The position numbers and the translations under genes were made by a program. A stretch of 63,688 nt of DNA from the sequence record MK250019.1. One strand, given 5' to 3'. Positions 52,937-63,014 of this stretch are shown here, one piece after another. The notes below the pieces were generated by a model. That model searched no databases, was not told the origin of the DNA, and worked only from the letters and a program-made list of their open reading frames with translations. Each line of letters begins with the position of its first letter. The stretch's first letter is position 1.

Positions 52937-54148
52937 ATGTCAAATCAAGAACTAATAGAATATTTAACTGATAATAGTGGAGAATATAATAAACGTATAA
53001 ACAGAAAATACTTAGAAATTCATGATTTAAACATATTACATATATTATATAATGTATATGATGATCTGTCTAAAGAAACTCCCGTATATGAAATATATTA
53101 CCGGTTAAAAAATAATTTAAAAAAACGACCAGTATGTATTATTTGTGGAAAACCAGTAAAATATACTTCTGGCCATTATGCAAAATTTTGTAGTAAAGAA
53201 TGTCAATATTCAGATTTAGGTAAAAAAATAACAAAAGAAATAAAAATAAAATCAAATTTAGAAAAGTATGGAGTTGAACATACGTCTCAATTAAAGGGTG
53301 TAACAGATAAACGTACAAAAAGTCGAGCAGATCACGTTAATAAAATACAATAGCATGTTCGTGAATCATTATATAAAAAATATGGAGCATATGATGTTAT
53401 GCATATTCCTCATATTTTATAGAAAATAAAAGATNNNNNNNNNNNNNNNNNNNNNNNNNNNTTTCCTTTACAATAGTTAAAAAAAGAAAATAGTGAAATT
53501 TATTAGAAAATTTCGCAAACATGTATTAATAAATTTGGTGTAGACTCTCCATTAAAGAATAAAGAAGTTAGAGAAAAAATTAAACAAACCAATATACAGA
53601 AATATGGAGTTGATTATCTTTTTAAAAGTAATATTATAAAAGAAAAAATTAAGCAAACAAATATATAGAAATACGGAGTTGATAATCCATTAAAAAATAA
53701 AGAGATATGGAAAAAATCACAAGATAATAGACAAATATCTTCAAAATCAAAATTAGAAAATAATTTTTTAAATTATTTAAAATTAAAATATGAATCAGAT
53801 GATATTATTACATAGTATAAATCTAAAGAATATCCATATTATTGTGATTTTTATATAAAGTCCATTAACTTATATATAGAAATTCAAGGTCATTGGACTC
53901 ATAACGATCATCCGTTTGATATTAATAATTTAAATGACTAGTTAATAATGAATAAATGGCGTACCAAATCATTATCTGACAAATATTATAAAAATGCTTT
54001 AAATACATGGACGATAAAAGACGTAGAAAAGCGAAATACTGCTATATAGAATAATCTAAATTATTTAGAAATATTTGGAAAAACAGATTTAAATAAGTAT
54101 ATAGATATATTTGAAAACTATATTAAAAATATGGAGAATAATACATAA
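52937..54148 (+). CDS. Free-standing homing endonuclease, KYG-repeat plus PD-(D/E)XK (403 aa)
   Basis: CIICGK, KYGV repeats, YPYYCDFYIKSINLYIEIQGHWTH. Confidence 0.8.
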
Positions 54149-54165
54149 TTATTCTCCATATTTTA

Positions 54166-54771
54166 TTAAAATTCAATAATACTATTAAATATATTATGAA
54201 GATATTCCTTATATTCTGTTTTACCATTATTTACATTAATAAGTTCCTTATTTGTTAATAAAGACATACAAAAAGCCTATTGAAATAAAATACATTCTTT
54301 GTTAATAAGTTCTTTATTTGAATTTGATAATGATAAATTATCTTCATGTTCTAACAAAAATTCCGGATCACCAACTAATACATATAGAAATATGTTTTCT
54401 TTGCCGAATATTTTAGAAGTCTTATAATCCAATACAATATTGTCCTCTGTTATTTCTTGATATGTTCTATTTCTATATAATGGACCATAAACATATTCAG
54501 AAATCCAGCCTCTATCTAATATGATGTAATCATACATATCAGAATTATATAATGTATTAAGTTGTTTTACTAATATATCTGTATAATACATATGCGAATA
54601 ATGTGGAATATCTTCTTTCTTTATTTCCTTCGGTGGTTTTTCAAGATGAATAATATTCACATTCATATTCAACTAATCCTACAAAACCGATGTGATCCGG
54701 TTAATTAATGTAGTTTTACCGGTATTATCCATACCGTCTATTATAATAAGTTTTGTATCTTTCTATCTCAT
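54166..54771 (-). CDS. tmk: Thymidylate kinase-like dNMP kinase (201 aa, 4 TAG)
   Basis: IIIDGMDNTGKTT and ILDRGWISEYVYG; TAG at codon 3. Confidence 0.8.
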
Positions 54772-54775
54772 ATTT

Positions 54776-55657
54776 TTATGAAAAATAATAATTTATACGT
54801 ATATTGTCCGATGATATATAACCATAAATTTCATCTACTAATCGATGAATAATAACAATTNNNNNNNNNNNNNNNNNNNNNNNNNNAAACGGTTCATCAA
54901 ATAATGAATCTATGTTTTCTTCATAATCATAACTTTCTGTATCATAATCTGTGTCATCCGACATTTCATTTACTTCCGGTTCTGGTTCTGGTTCCATTTC
55001 AGATTCAACTTCTGGTTCTGTATCTTCACCATTTAATTTACTATATATTTTATCTATTTTTTTATCTATAGTCTTAAGTTGATCATTAAGAATTGTTGTC
55101 TTAATCTTATTCTTGAAATCCTCAATCTCCCTATTATGAATAGAGTAGAGCTCTGATAATAAAACATATGTTCTATTATAGATATAATTGTCATCTAAAC
55201 ATAATTCTTTCCTTGTTTCTTCAGAACAATCTTCTGGAATACCTCGATTAATGATATTATACTTATCTTCATACCATCGTGATAGATAAACATCTCTGAT
55301 TGAACCTCCATTATCACAATATTCAGAGATCTTTTTCACTTCTTCTTGTTTTCCATTATTATTTGAAATTATTTCAAATTTATCTGTATGTGAATGAGGA
55401 TTATTTAATACCCAATATTTTACCAAATGCCATTTATAATCGCATGTTTTCATTTTCTCCCAATATTCTGGAATACCATCAATTTCATGTGCAATATGAA
55501 ATTTTCTATATGGATATTCATTATCTGAATTAACTCTATAAACATCATATGGTAATAATGTTTTCTTATCTATCTTATTTAAACTTTCTTCATTCCATAC
55601 ATATCCTTTTACACATGGTAATTTTACCTCTATAACTCTTGTTACGTATGTACTCAT
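54776..55657 (-). CDS. Hypothetical protein
   Basis: 293-aa ORF with a short N run. Confidence 0.65.
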   Translation of the reverse strand: MSTYVTRVIEVKLPCVKGYVWNEESLNKIDKKTLLPYDVYRVNSDNEYPYRKFHIAHEIDGIPEYWEKMKTCDYKWHLVKYWVLNNPHSHTDKFEIISNNNGKQEEVKKISEYCDNGGSIRDVYLSRWYEDKYNIINRGIPEDCSEETRKELCLDDNYIYNRTYVLLSELYSIHNREIEDFKNKIKTTILNDQLKTIDKKIDKIYSKLNGEDTEPEVESEMEPEPEPEVNEMSDDTDYDTESYDYEENIDSLFDEPFXXXXXXXXXIVIIHRLVDEIYGYISSDNIRINYYFS

Positions 55658-55763
55658 TTTATTTAAATCTATTTTTTCTATAGTTTATATTAAAAGAAAT
55701 AGGTATTGTTTGAAAACAATATTTTTAATAATAAATATATTAGTAAAAAATATAAAATTTATT

Positions 55764-56144
55764 ATGAATAAAAATAGCAAACGCGCATTATATGAATCTA
55801 TAATGAAAGATGTTTCAAAAACAATAAAAAGAAAGATTAACGAAAATGTTGAAGATTTTGAAGCTNNNNNNNNNNNNNNNNNNNNNNNAGATGATGATGT
55901 ATTCTATATTATGCATGACGAAACAGCTCGTAAACTTCGTAATCAAGTAACTGATAGAGGACAATGTTTTACAATCGATGGTATGGTTGTTTTTGTTCCT
56001 TCTATTGATGATCAATATTTCTATGTTCAACTTAATGAACAATTAATTAAAATGGGTGATTATAATTTCTTTACAGTTGCAACATGTGCATCAGATGGAG
56101 ATGACCTTATTGGAAATATTCGTATGTATTGTAATTTACTTTAA
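55764..56144 (+). CDS. Late protein with N-terminal RALYESIMKD motif
   Basis: ATG start at 55764; N-terminus shared with 17273..17887. Confidence 0.65.
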   Translation: MNKNSKRALYESIMKDVSKTIKRKINENVEDFEAXXXXXXXXDDDVFYIMHDETARKLRNQVTDRGQCFTIDGMVVFVPSIDDQYFYVQLNEQLIKMGDYNFFTVATCASDGDDLIGNIRMYCNLL

Positions 56145-56229
56145 TTAATAATTAAATAAGGAGATTAATAAAATTAGTCTCCTTATTTTCATTTTAAATA
56201 AATATTTAAAACATATATTTCTCTTAATC

Positions 56230-56994
56230 ATGGAAANNNNNNNNNNNNNNNNNNNNNNNNNNNNNNNNNNNNNNNNNNNNNNNNNNCTGAAATCTTTTAA
56301 TTTTAAAAAAGAATTGAATCCTAAAATATGGAAAAATGGAAAATTAAAAGATAACATAAGAAAACGCTTAATAAAAATAGCAAAAGAATTTATTGATTCT
56401 ACTGACTTAGATTTCATTCCTATAGATATTGTTATCGTTGGCTCTATTGCATCATTTAATTGGTCAAAATATTCTGATATTGATTTACATATAATTACAG
56501 ATTTCAAATAGNNNNNNNNNNNNNNNNNNNNNNNNNNNNNNNNNNNNNNNNNNNNNNNNNNNNNNNNNNNNNNNNNNNNNNNNNNNNNNNNNNNNNNNNN
56601 NNNNNNNNNNNNNNNNNNNNNNNNNNNNNNNNNNNNNNNNNNNNNNNNNNNNNNNNNNNNNNNNNNNNNNNNNNNNNNNNNNNNNNNNNNNNNNNNNNNN
56701 NNACATAAAAAATTAGATAAAGATGCGATAAAAGAAATTGCTTCTATGTATATTAATAAAATAGAATATTATAACAGAAAATATGATGAATTAAATAGTG
56801 ATAAATCTATTTTATTATTATAGTCTAAAGTTGATTATTTATATGATTCTATTATATAGGGTAGAAAAAAATCATTACCAATTGATGGTGAACAAGCAAC
56901 AGGGAATATTGTATTTAAAGTACTAAGAAGAAGTGGACATTTAGAAATGTTAAATAATCTAAAAACAAAAATATTTGACCGATTGAATTCTATT
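56230..56994 (+). CDS. Pol-beta superfamily nucleotidyltransferase (gapped; 3' end in N run)
   Basis: VGSIASFNWSKYSDIDLH; the same frame resumes after the gap with GNIVFKVLRRSG. Confidence 0.75.
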
Positions 56995-57098
56995 NNNNNN
57001 NNNNNNNNNNNNNNNNNNNNNNNNNNNNNNNNNNNNNNNNNNNNNNNNNNNNNNNNNNNNNNNNNNNNNNNNNNNNNNNNNNNNNNNNNNNNNNNNNN

Positions 57099-57479
57099 GT
57101 CATAACACCATGCGCAATTTAAGAAATCTATGTAGACCTGTGAATTTCCATTACTTTCTATTCGTAATCGCACTGTTCCCTTATCATAATCCTGATCAAT
57201 AACATAGAATGTTACTTGTCTACCTCCTTTATTATCAGTAAAAACATCACCTGTTTTATAAACCTTATATATCTGAGTCTTTGGACTATAAATTGTTATA
57301 ACATCAGTATTAAGATTAATTGTTAAAACCATATCAGATGATTGCCAATCACCCCAGTAGTATTTACCATTATAAATCTTTGCTTCTGCAAATGATGTTG
57401 TTTTATAATATTGAATTTGTGCATGTGAAGAAATTACAAATCCAAATATCATTAAAAAAATAAAAATAAATTTCTTCAT
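57099..57479 (-). CDS. Secreted hypothetical protein (3' end in N run)
   Basis: Signal peptide MKKFIFIFLMIFGFVISSHA. Confidence 0.65.
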
Positions 57480-57501
57480 AATAAAATTAATTAAAAAATT
57501 A

Positions 57502-57992
57502 GAAGCTTAGATGAGAATCGAACTCATAAAGTTTTTAATAACTTACCACACTTATTCACATAAGCAATACTTGAGTAAACTAACAGCTCATCTGTATTTG
57601 ACTACTGATTTTGATATTATCTCATGGTTACTGACTTTTACTCTCACTACTGTTAACTATTTTTCATTTTTAAGTATTTTGTGGTCTGAACTTTTTTTAC
57701 CATATTTAAGTATGCGCGCTCCTTATTGTAATACCTAATACTCAATGATTAGGTGATAGTCTGCAAATTAACTATACTTCGTGTACTTAAACGTAGGTAT
57801 CTCCTATAAAGTCTCATCACAATTTATGCTGTAACACTACAATTTACATTTAAAATAGATTCACGTTCTATTACAATTTAGTGGAATATAATCTATTATC
57901 AAAAATAGATTAATATTCATTAGGGAGATTTTTATCACTATGTATTTCTAACATGTGTAAATATTTTTTAAACTTATTCCAAATCTAAGCTT
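57502..57992 (-). ncRNA. 491-nt tRNA-framed RNA with tmRNA-like topology but a non-Ala acceptor
   Basis: AAGCTTAG/CTAAGCTT-C, stemless D region, long interrupted helix 2, ATGAG-TTCGATT-CTCAT. Confidence 0.65.
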
Positions 57993-58024
57993 AACCATAA
58001 TAATTATTATATATTGTTAATATA

Positions 58025-58369
58025 TCAATGTCTACCAAACAAAGACAAAAACTTTTTAATTAATGAATTATTAGATTTATTTAGGTTATTATCTGTTTTA
58101 ATTACACTAATTATATTTGATATATTTGTACCTATTAGCATATCTTGACCATCAATTTTTAATGTTATATTATTATACATAATACCTTGATATGTATTAT
58201 CATCATTTAAAAATGGTATTAATGCTTTACTATACTTATTTTCTTCTTTGTTTACAGTTTTCTGATAATTAATATATGCATTGCTTTCTAATTTAACAAT
58301 CAATGCATCCTTATCACTTATATTGGTTCTTACTTTATCTCCTATATGTAAGTCTTCAATCTTTAACAT
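58025..58369 (-). CDS. Hypothetical protein
   Basis: 114-aa ORF. Confidence 0.55.
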   Translation of the reverse strand: MLKIEDLHIGDKVRTNISDKDALIVKLESNAYINYQKTVNKEENKYSKALIPFLNDDNTYQGIMYNNITLKIDGQDMLIGTNISNIISVIKTDNNLNKSNNSLIKKFLSLFGRH

Positions 58370-59321
58370 AATTTTTAATAAAAATAATTTCTTTTAATAA
58401 AGATTCAGTTAAACAGGAAATATATAATTCTTTATTTGAATCATCTAACCAATTTACTATAGCTTTATTTATATAAGATATGATGTCTAATATTTTATCT
58501 TTATGTCGTTTATCATTTAAGTATTCTTTTAATACATTAAATATTACAGTATTATCATATTTGTAATTTTTACTGAATACGAAATCGATTAATGTTTCAA
58601 ATGAATTAGTATCTGTAAATGTAGCTGTTTCTCCTAATATAAATTTAATAATTTCGTTAATATCATTTGTAATAAATTTATCATCTTCTTTTACAGTAAC
58701 TGGATTCTTCAATAATTCCCTTTTTCCTTTATATGTTTTATGTCGTAAAAATAAACCTTTATCATATGTTAATGTATATTTCCAGAAATCAGTTAATACA
58801 TGATCATCATTATATACATCAGGTATATTAGTAGGAATAAAGCTTGCTAAATCAATTAACAAATTTGTTCTATATAAACCTTTAAAGTTTGATTCATTAT
58901 TTCTGTAATCTGGTGAATGATACATGAATTTTGAATATTCTATATCATTAGAAAACATTAAATCTACCTGAACAACATCACTAACCCACTTAACACCAAA
59001 AGAAATGATATGGAAACCAGAACTAACTTTTATTTGAGGTTTATTATCAGAAAACGCTGGGCAAATCTTATTACGAATACAATTTTCTATTGCATTAATA
59101 TTGTTATCAGAGAATTCAAGTTCAACNNNNNNNNNNNNNNNNNNNNNNNNCTCATCATCTTTTTTCTTTCCAGTAGAACCTAATGTGCATGCATTAAAAT
59201 TCATTATATTTCCATCAGTATCTTTACAATTATGTGTTAAATTATCTATTACCATACTTGCTATGTATACTGCATCAAAATTTCTAACAGGCACAGAGCC
59301 TTTAATTGCCATACCACTCAT
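58356..59321 (-). CDS. Nucleotidyltransferase-like protein
   Basis: TLGSTGKK...VQVDLMF; the DxD region is hidden by Ns. Confidence 0.6.
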   Translation of the reverse strand: MSGMAIKGSVPVRNFDAVYIASMVIDNLTHNCKDTDGNIMNFNACTLGSTGKKKDDEXXXXXXXXVELEFSDNNINAIENCIRNKICPAFSDNKPQIKVSSGFHIISFGVKWVSDVVQVDLMFSNDIEYSKFMYHSPDYRNNESNFKGLYRTNLLIDLASFIPTNIPDVYNDDHVLTDFWKYTLTYDKGLFLRHKTYKGKRELLKNPVTVKEDDKFITNDINEIIKFILGETATFTDTNSFETLIDFVFSKNYKYDNTVIFNVLKEYLNDKRHKDKILDIISYINKAIVNWLDDSNKELYISCLTESLLKEIIFIKNYVKD

Positions 59322-59354
59322 ATTATATTAATTAAATATATTCATATTTTGTAA

Positions 59355-59383
59355 TTTATAATAAACTTAATGCGAAAAGTCTT
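59355..59383 (-). promoter_or_regulatory. sigma70-like promoter AAGACT-N17-TATAAA
   Basis: Upstream of the 59321 gene. Confidence 0.45.
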
Positions 59384-59633
59384 TTATAATAATAAAGAAA
59401 AAAAATAAATTTTAGCAAACTTATATNNNNNNNNNNNNNNNNNNNNNNNNNNNNNNNNNNNNNNNNNNNNNNNNNNNNNNNNNNNNNNNNNNNNNNNNNN
59501 NNNNNNNNNNNNNNNNNNNNNNNNNNNNNNNNNNNNNNNNNNNNNNNNNNNNNNNNNNNNNNNNNNNNNNNNNNNNNNNNNNNNNNNNNNNNNNNNNNNN
59601 NNNNNNNNNNNNNNNNNNNNNNNNNNNNNNNNN

Positions 59634-60977
59634 AAAGATATTGAAATTGATGGTTGTATAGTATGTCATTCTATTGAAGATGCTATCAGTTATTCAAAAG
59701 AAATTAAAATGGATTCTGCATTCATTATTGGTGGTGGATCTATTTATAAAGAAGCAATTAACAAAGATCTTATTGATATTTTATATATTGATTTTTTAAA
59801 TACAGGTTTATCTGATGAAGATTTTGATACATATTTTGAATTTCCTCCTGTTGAACAAACATATCGTACATGTGAAAATTTAACAGATTATAATTTAAAC
59901 GCAAATATTAATCCGGTTATTTCATACAGAGAACGTACATTTGTTACAACTGATTATGATTATTTGTCATTAATGAATAAAATTATTAAAAATGGAAAAA
60001 CAAAACATACACGTGCAGGTGAAACATTATCTATTTTTGGTGAAATGCTTTCATTTGATTTAAGGAAAGGTTTACCTATTCTCACAACAAAGAAAGTATA
60101 TTCAAAAGGTTGTATTCATGAATTGTTATGGATTTTACATGGTGATACAAATATAAAGTATCTTGTTGAAAATAATACTCATATATGGGATGATGATGCA
60201 TACAGATATTATTTGCAGAAATTTGAATCTGATAAAGATGTAAAGACGACAAAAGAACAGTTTATTAACCGTGTAATTAAACAGGATATTATTCATTATG
60301 TTGAAGATGGTGATATGAATAGCNNNNNNNNNNNNNNNNNNNNNNNNNNNNNNNNNNNNNNNNNNNNNNNNNNNNNNNNNNNNNNNNNNNNNNNNNNNNN
60401 NNNNNNNNNNNNNNNNNNNNNNNNNNNNNNNNNNNNNNNNNNNNNNNNNNNNNNNNNNNNNNNNNNNNNNNNNNNNNNNNNNNNNNNNNNNNNNNNTTGT
60501 CATTACTTATCCCAATGGTATGTAACTGAAATGAATAACTATGAAAGAAATGAAGAATATCATAAAAGATATAATATCAATGTAGATGATAATAAACTAT
60601 TATCTGATGAAGAATTAGATAAATTAGGAATTCCACATCAATATTTAAGCTGTATGTGGATGCAGAGATCTGTTGATACATGTTTAGGTTTACCATATGA
60701 TTTATTGAGTTATTCTATATTAACTCATCTTATTGCACAAATTTGTAATATGGTTCCTTATAAAGTTAAATGTTCACTTGGTGATTGTCATATATATAAA
60801 AATCAGTTATCTGGTGCAATTAAACAAATTAAGAGAAATCCGTTTAAATATGAATATGCACAACTTGTGCTTAATAAAGAAATCACAGATATTAATGATT
60901 TTAAATATGATGATATTAAAATTGTAAATTATAATTCATATTCAACAGTTAAATATCCTCTTTCTGTTGGACTTTAA
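59634..60977 (+). CDS. thyA: Bifunctional dihydrofolate reductase-thymidylate synthase (5' end in N gap)
   Basis: DHFR C-terminus AFIIGGGSIY in frame with TS motifs LTTKKV, ELLW, QRSVD..LGLPY. Confidence 0.88.
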   Translation, partial: KDIEIDGCIVCHSIEDAISYSKEIKMDSAFIIGGGSIYKEAINKDLIDILYIDFLNTGLSDEDFDTYFEFPPVEQTYRTCENLTDYNLNANINPVISYRERTFVTTDYDYLSLMNKIIKNGKTKHTRAGETLSIFGEMLSFDLRKGLPILTTKKVYSKGCIHELLWILHGDTNIKYLVENNTHIWDDDAYRYYLQKFESDKDVKTTKEQFINRVIKQDIIHYVEDGDMNSXXXXXXXXXXXXXXXXXXXXXXXXXXXXXXXXXXXXXXXXXXXXXXXXXXXXXXXXXXCHYLSQWYVTEMNNYERNEEYHKRYNINVDDNKLLSDEELDKLGIPHQYLSCMWMQRSVDTCLGLPYDLLSYSILTHLIAQICNMVPYKVKCSLGDCHIYKNQLSGAIKQIKRNPFKYEYAQLVLNKEITDINDFKYDDIKIVNYNSYSTVKYPLSVGL

Positions 60978-60980
60978 AAA

Positions 60981-61017
60981 TAAAGGTTGAAACATTCTGA
61001 AATGTTTCAACCTTTTT
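60981..61017. terminator. Bidirectional terminator
   Basis: AAAGGTTGAAACATT...AATGTTTCAACCTTT. Confidence 0.7.
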
Positions 61018-61032
61018 ATATTTAAATATATA

Positions 61033-61926
61033 TTATACTTCTAAAGCTAAGAAAGCTAATGTATAACCTAAGATCCCTCTAACTGATTTATGGTTAACAC
61101 CATTATAAAGATTGACAATGTATGTATATTTACTGTACTCTTTACAACTCCAATATTCATAAGGATTATCCACGAAATAATGACCACATAATGTTTTTCT
61201 TTTTTCATTTATAACTAATTTATTTGCATAAATTTGATATAATTCACCAACAGAAGGTAAATACCAGTCACCTGGTTTTGTTCCAAGTGTTGAATACCTA
61301 ACACAACAACATGCGGGCGCACAATATCCTTCTCCACTATCATTTGTTATACCATTACATATATATGGATCTTGTTTTGTTGCTTTAGATAAACATCGTT
61401 GTGTATTCCATTTACCTCCTACATATGAAGTTTTATCAGTTCCACCTTTACGATTACCTATCACAACATTATCATTACCAAAATACATCTCTAGATACAT
61501 TTTACCTGGTGTCTGATCATTCATATAATCTAAAGAAACAAATCTGGCAGTCTTAACTGCACCAATTGAATCATCACCTTTTTCAAAATTTTCCATAACT
61601 TCTGGAATTACACAAATTGCAATAGCTGTATTATCTACACTATTTGTCTGTTCATCAAGTGTTAACTTTCCATCTGCAGTTGAATAAAGAACATCGCCAA
61701 CAGCTGGTTTATTTTTAGTTGATGAAGAATCTAACTTAACTGGTGGCATATTAACTGGTTGTAACTTCACACAATTTAAACCAGGATGTCTCTAATCATA
61801 TAGAGTTAGATCCTCTACACCCTGTGCAGTTGAAACACCAAATACAAATGCACCATCACCATGTTTAATAGATGTCACTGATGAATCCAATACAGACTTA
61901 CTATTAAACACTTTTATGAATTTCAT
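61033..61926 (-). CDS. DUF1566/C-type-lectin-fold protein (297 aa, one TAG)
   Basis: WYLPSVGEL...YWSCKEYS; ATG 61926 is in frame through TAG. Confidence 0.65.
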
Positions 61927-62060
61927 AAATATTACTTTTTATTATATTTATACGTATAAAGAATACTCATGGAATCTTATAACTTTATAAACATAACTAA
62001 ATAGATATTTCATAATTAAGTTATATTTTTATAAAAACTTAATATTTTATCAATTTTCTA

Positions 62061-62564
62061 TCAATTTAATTCAATTTTCTTCAGTTTTTCATATAAATTT
62101 TGATAAAATTTTTCAACCAGTATAATATATCTTGAATTTCCATTTTCTTCTATAATTTCATTAAAATAATCAGAATATTTTTCAACAATTTGTTTTACAT
62201 ATTCACTTTCATTATTTTTATAAATTACATATTGTGCATCAACTTCTTGTTTAGCATTTCTTGGACAATTAGTCTTTGTATAGTGTGAACATTCCCAATC
62301 GATAATAGTTGCTTCATAATCATAATTATCACATTTATGATATTTTCCCATTTGTAAAAAATAATATTCTGGATGATGTTTATTATGAAATCTATGAAAT
62401 TTCTGTAATGTTTTATATGGTAATATTAATTTAAGAAATGGTTTTTCCATATCATGAAATAGATATTTAAATTTCCAGCATTTTTGATTTAATGCAACCA
62501 TATTAAATGAACACCAGTGTGCAAACCAATATTTAAATGAACTTCTTTCTGTTTTATCAAACAT
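62061..62564 (-). CDS. HD-superfamily-like phosphohydrolase
   Basis: HW...FHDMEKP...HRFHNKHHPEY...IIDWE. Confidence 0.55.
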   Translation of the reverse strand: MFDKTERSSFKYWFAHWCSFNMVALNQKCWKFKYLFHDMEKPFLKLILPYKTLQKFHRFHNKHHPEYYFLQMGKYHKCDNYDYEATIIDWECSHYTKTNCPRNAKQEVDAQYVIYKNNESEYVKQIVEKYSDYFNEIIEENGNSRYIILVEKFYQNLYEKLKKIELN

Positions 62565-62641
62565 AGTTTTATATTTTATTTTTAAAAATTAAAAGGAAGA
62601 TTCAAAATATTACAATATTAGAATCTTCCTTTTATTATAAG

Positions 62642-63010
62642 TTAATAAACATTTTCATTTGTTATATCAGATAATTTAGCATCTGTTACAACAATATAAA
62701 TTTTAGAATTAATTTCTTGTTCTGGATCCTCTATGAAATCATATCTAATTACCTTATATGGAATTAAATTTGTTTGTGCTTCATTTGGACACCATATAAT
62801 AGAATCTTGATTAGGAAGAGTATCAACATGGAAATCACAGATATGTATAATATCTGGTATATCATTATCTTCTGTTACTTTATATTTAATAATACATATA
62901 TTTGTCTTATTTTGTAGACTTATATTATTATCAATAACTTCTTTTTCTATTTCTTCTTCCTGCTCTAATTCAGTTTTTTTATTATTAAATAGTTGTTTAA
63001 AAATATTCAT
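62642..63010 (-). CDS. Hypothetical protein
   Basis: 122-aa ORF. Confidence 0.6.
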   Translation of the reverse strand: MNIFKQLFNNKKTELEQEEEIEKEVIDNNISLQNKTNICIIKYKVTEDNDIPDIIHICDFHVDTLPNQDSIIWCPNEAQTNLIPYKVIRYDFIEDPEQEINSKIYIVVTDAKLSDITNENVY

Positions 63011-63014
63011 TTAA

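Noticed and set aside
90-54771. Genes broken by TAG read as pseudogenes
   Set aside because: The interruptions are only TAG, keep frame, and fall on conserved Gln sites, which indicates recoding rather than decay.
56835-57479. 214-aa ORF spanning the N run
   Set aside because: Artefact of translating through Ns; the distal part is antisense to the nucleotidyltransferase.
29997-57992. Canonical tmRNA
   Set aside because: Neither long tRNA-framed RNA has G3:U70 or a recognisable tag ending in AA.
52582-60496. N runs as biological features
   Set aside because: They are gaps or masking; flanking frames usually continue across them, and nothing can be inferred about their content.
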